From Bacteroidota bacterium (GTDB lineage Bacteria; Bacteroidota; Bacteroidia; Chitinophagales; Chitinophagaceae), in NCBI GenBank assembly GCA_005882975.1, contig VBAS01000086.1, forward strand, positions 1-49,027: 49,027 bases of DNA, in the 5' to 3' direction. Below the pieces are notes generated by a model. It made no database searches, was not told the origin of the DNA, and saw only the letters and a list, made by a program, of their open reading frames with translations. Positions 46,064 through 49,027 of this stretch are shown in pieces. Both the position numbers and the translations under genes were made by a program. Every line of letters starts with the position of its first letter. The stretch's first letter is position 1.

Positions 46064-46822
46064 ATGGAAGTACATCATCATCCCAAAGTAGAAAAGAAAA
46101 ATTTCAAGCAATACTTTTTAGAGTTCTTAATGATATTTCTGGCTGTAACACTTGGGTTTTTTGCTGAGAATATCCGGGAATATATATCTGATCATCACAA
46201 AGCCAACACGTTTGCAGCTTCTATGAAAGAAGACCTGAAAGCAGATATGGCGCAGCTCAATAACTACAATAAATATTTTAAAGCTGCGGCAAACAACATA
46301 GACACGTTTATGGTGTTGTTGCAAAACAATGATCCGCAAAATATTCCCTCCGGCAAATTATACTGGTACGGACTGTATGGTGGAGCACTTGGTAGTTTTA
46401 TATCAAATGATGCAACCTTTCAGCAAATGAAAAGTTCAGGTTCGCTGGGATTGTTTAAATCCAAAACAACTATCGATATAGAAAAGTATGACAGGTTTTG
46501 TCGCTTATTGGAAGACAGCAATGATATGAGCAAAGATATTTATACAGAAGTGCGAAAAGCAAGGGCAATGATATTTGATTTTAAGTATAATGAAATGGCA
46601 AACCAAATAACACAGGCAAACAGGATCGCATTTAGCCAGGCAAGGATCGATTCATTTATAGCAAGTGATCCGCCATTATTAAGTCACGATAAGGTATTAT
46701 TCAATCAATATGTGGAATTAGTGCGTTCACGGTTCATCCGTTTATTCAATGTTGCTTATTCAGATTCTTTATTAAAGCAGGCAAATATTGTACTTGGCGA
46801 TTTGAATAAAGACTATCAGTAA
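46064..46822 (+). CDS. single-pass membrane protein, MEVHHH-leader family member 1
   Basis: MEVHHHPKVEKKNFKQYFLEFLMIFLAVTLGFFAEN, then a helical domain of about 210 aa. Full-length (weak) homology to the next gene. Confidence 0.7.
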   Translation: MEVHHHPKVEKKNFKQYFLEFLMIFLAVTLGFFAENIREYISDHHKANTFAASMKEDLKADMAQLNNYNKYFKAAANNIDTFMVLLQNNDPQNIPSGKLYWYGLYGGALGSFISNDATFQQMKSSGSLGLFKSKTTIDIEKYDRFCRLLEDSNDMSKDIYTEVRKARAMIFDFKYNEMANQITQANRIAFSQARIDSFIASDPPLLSHDKVLFNQYVELVRSRFIRLFNVAYSDSLLKQANIVLGDLNKDYQ

Positions 46823-46876
46823 TACACGATCTGTATATAACGGCAAATTAAAACTCAAAAAATTTAAACTGGAGAA

Positions 46877-47620
46877 ATGGAAGTACATCATCATCCCAAA
46901 GTAGAAAAAAAGAATTTCAAAGAATACTTTCTGGAGTTCTTAATGATATTTCTCGCAGTAACACTTGGATTTTTTGCAGAAAATTTCAGAGAACACCAAG
47001 TTGAAAACGATCGTGAATTAGAATACATAAAGTCGTTAACGGCAGACTTGAATGATGATATACACAACCTGGATAGCCTGATTGCTTTTGAACAGCCAGG
47101 TATCAAACAATTAGATACGCTGATAGATCTATTGGAGGACCCGGCACTTGCAAAACAAAACGGGGATGAAATATATTATGTAGCAAGACAAGGTCCACGA
47201 GAATATCCATTTCCTGTCAACAGCCGAACATTGGACCAGCTAAAAAGTTCTGGTGGTTTTTTGTTAATAAGAAACGTGGAGGCTTCAAACCAGGTGATAA
47301 ATTATTACAACCAATATTCGCCGGCAAAACTGCTGGAAAATAATTATAGCCTTGAGTTTGATAGTTACAAACGTGTGGCTGCAAAAATTTTCGATCCGGG
47401 TATATTAAGACGACAGGAAAATAATGCAAGTGAAATTATCCGGAGCCATTACAATCCTTCACTTCTAAGTTATGATGCAAATCTATTAAAGGAGCTAGGA
47501 TTTCATGTACTGCAAATGAGCGGTTCACGACGTTCCAGATTAGGTGTGTTGCAGGCACAAAGCACCAAAGCCCTTCAGCTAAAATCATATTTGCAAGAAG
47601 AATATCATTTGGAAAAATGA
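46877..47620 (+). CDS. single-pass membrane protein, MEVHHH-leader family member 2
   Basis: First 39 aa are 37/39 identical to 46064..46822. The remainder is only weakly similar. Confidence 0.7.
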   Translation: MEVHHHPKVEKKNFKEYFLEFLMIFLAVTLGFFAENFREHQVENDRELEYIKSLTADLNDDIHNLDSLIAFEQPGIKQLDTLIDLLEDPALAKQNGDEIYYVARQGPREYPFPVNSRTLDQLKSSGGFLLIRNVEASNQVINYYNQYSPAKLLENNYSLEFDSYKRVAAKIFDPGILRRQENNASEIIRSHYNPSLLSYDANLLKELGFHVLQMSGSRRSRLGVLQAQSTKALQLKSYLQEEYHLEK

Positions 47621-47664
47621 TTGAAGAAGAAAATAATACTACTGGTAATAAACAAACCAAAACA

Positions 47665-48162
47665 ATGGAAGTACATCAGCCTATTATAGAAAATAAAAAA
47701 ATCACAATATTTAGGAAAGAGCTTTTTATTTCTTTGTTCATGTTATTTTTTCAACAGGCTATTTCGCAAAGCCCGCATAGTAACGATATTGCAATGATCA
47801 AATCTAACAGGGCAGCATCAAACGATGCTATTACAAGGCACGATGTTGATGGTATAGCCAAATTCTGGCTGGATGATTTTGTTCAGGTTATTGGTCGTGG
47901 TATTTACCAAACCGGCAAGGACAGCATTGTAGCTTCGTGGAAAGCCTTATTCAATAGTAATTCGCAAATCGCTTATACCAGGAATCCGGAAGAAATTATT
48001 ATCAGCGATAATGATACTCTCGCATGGGAACGTGGGGAATGGATCGGTATTCATTCTTACAGCAAAGGCGGTAATTATGCCGCGATGTGGATCAAACGAA
48101 ATCATAACTGGATGCTGAAAGCAGAGTTGTTTGTATCGTTAAAAGCCAATGATCAGCAGTAA
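47665..48162 (+). CDS. secreted SnoaL/DUF4440-like (NTF2-fold) protein with decayed MEVH leader
   Basis: ATGGAAGTACATCA start at 47665; the track ORF starts at 47617 within an ATGA overlap. Signal peptide LFISLFMLFFQQAISQ. NTF2-like pattern ...HDVDGIAKFWLDDFVQV...LAWERGEW...AMWIKRNHNWML. Confidence 0.6.
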   Translation: MEVHQPIIENKKITIFRKELFISLFMLFFQQAISQSPHSNDIAMIKSNRAASNDAITRHDVDGIAKFWLDDFVQVIGRGIYQTGKDSIVASWKALFNSNSQIAYTRNPEEIIISDNDTLAWERGEWIGIHSYSKGGNYAAMWIKRNHNWMLKAELFVSLKANDQQ

Positions 48163-48221
48163 TGAGATCACATTTTAACCACAAGAATAAATGAAATCTG
48201 AAAATTTACACCGCTGACAAA

Positions 48222-49027
48222 ATGGAAGTACATCATCACTCTAAAATAGAGAAGAAAAATTTCAAAGAAGAATTTTTGGAATTCTTAATGATATTTCTTG
48301 CAGTTTCACTAATCAGTTCTTGCAAAGTAAATAGATCTATCGATGTAAAATTATCTCATGTAAGTACTGACACAAAAGATCTTGGCGTTGTGCAATATTT
48401 AAACATTTCTAATGATACATTAAGTACTTCTGAAAAACAATTTGCGCAAAACTTAGGTGCAAGCGGTTTTAAAGCATTCTCTTTCCGGCATATTTACCCT
48501 AAAATGGATAATGATACGTTTGATTCAAAAACAACTTTTTTAATTGGAATGACCCAAGATAGTATCATGATAATTGCCGATGCCAATAATAATAACTCGT
48601 TTTATGATGATGATGTAATCAAAGTCACTAAAGAAATACTACTGTCCCGCTCTTTAAAAAATCTTGCTCAACTACCACTTGTTCATATTCAGAACTTACA
48701 GACCCTTTATGGGGATAAAAAATATTTGTTTTCAAGAAGCATTTATTTACTGCCCGACACGATCACTAGTGGACAATTAAGTCTTATCATAATCTCCAAT
48801 GAACAGGTAAAAGGGATGTTCAAATACAGAGGAAAACAGCATTTTGTAAGCGTAAGATTAAATTCACCTAAAAAAATTTTTGTTGACTCAACATCCCAAA
48901 TCAATATTAAAATTTCTGACTCAGAATTTTCTTCTACCGAATACAGAGAAAAAGAGATTATGCATTTGCTTGATACTGTTATTAAAGATCGAAGGGTTTT
49001 TACAGTTCAGTCCGTTTCTAAAGATTT
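48222..49027 (+). CDS. putative lipoprotein with MEVHHH leader, 3'-truncated by the window edge
   Basis: My own translation is open from ATG 48222 to the window end (MEVHHHSKIEKKNFKEEFLEFLMIFLAVSLISSCKVNRSIDVKL...). It is absent from the ORF track because no stop is reached. Lipobox-like SLISSC. Confidence 0.6.
   Translation, partial: MEVHHHSKIEKKNFKEEFLEFLMIFLAVSLISSCKVNRSIDVKLSHVSTDTKDLGVVQYLNISNDTLSTSEKQFAQNLGASGFKAFSFRHIYPKMDNDTFDSKTTFLIGMTQDSIMIIADANNNNSFYDDDVIKVTKEILLSRSLKNLAQLPLVHIQNLQTLYGDKKYLFSRSIYLLPDTITSGQLSLIIISNEQVKGMFKYRGKQHFVSVRLNSPKKIFVDSTSQINIKISDSEFSSTEYREKEIMHLLDTVIKDRRVFTVQSVSKD

Noticed and set aside
1-49027. tRNA, rRNA, tmRNA/RNase P/SRP RNA, transposases, integrases, phage or defence-system genes
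   Set aside because: I scanned every spacer longer than 100 nt by eye and every ORF translation. I found no cloverleaf-like sequences, no conserved ncRNA cores I recognise, and no DDE/tyrosine-recombinase/nuclease-helicase type proteins. Absence by eye is not proof, so tRNAscan-SE, Infernal and DefenseFinder should be run.

Overview
This is an AT-rich (by eye), gene-dense chromosomal segment that looks like Bacteroidota, probably Chitinophagaceae/Sphingobacteriia-like. Supporting signs are near-absent Shine-Dalgarno sequences, TAnnTTTG-type promoter boxes, ftsK-lolA synteny, a 7TMR-DISM kinase, TMEM175 homologues and CarboxypepD_reg/OM beta-barrel proteins. I count about 55 CDS, mostly housekeeping. 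They cover cell envelope (PBP1A, Amidase_3, PrsW, FtsK, LolA-like) and cofactor/nucleotide/aromatic metabolism (ahcY, pdxJ, ubiX, aroK, pyrF, apbC, ppk1). They also cover Trp/Lys-type catabolism (kynU, glutaryl-CoA-dehydrogenase-like, hbd, acyl-CoA ligase, GGT), an ECF sigma module and an orphan sensor kinase. I saw no rRNA/tRNA, CRISPR array, transposase, integrase or recognisable defence gene. Six loci stand out. (1) A tandem array at 46.0-49.0 kb has four consecutive genes opening with the same MEVHHH... leader, near-identical at nucleotide level, fused to at least three different exported domains. (2) A translationally coupled trio at 5.3-6.5 kb has two paralogous secreted proteins resembling catalytically dead LytM/M23 domains flanking a small conserved cytoplasmic protein, near an amidase and PBP1A. 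(3) A family of intergenic repeats and long hairpins built from short iterated words (CGCAAAG, GCGATCGC, CACNGAT) sits around the gcdH-like, hbd and apbC genes. (4) A frameshifted OM beta-barrel gene lies next to the ECF module. (5) pyrF carries a C-terminal extension of about 95 aa. (6) The acyl-CoA dehydrogenase contains an in-frame 18-bp tandem duplication. All functional calls rest on motif recognition in the supplied translations and hand alignment; no database search or folding program was available.
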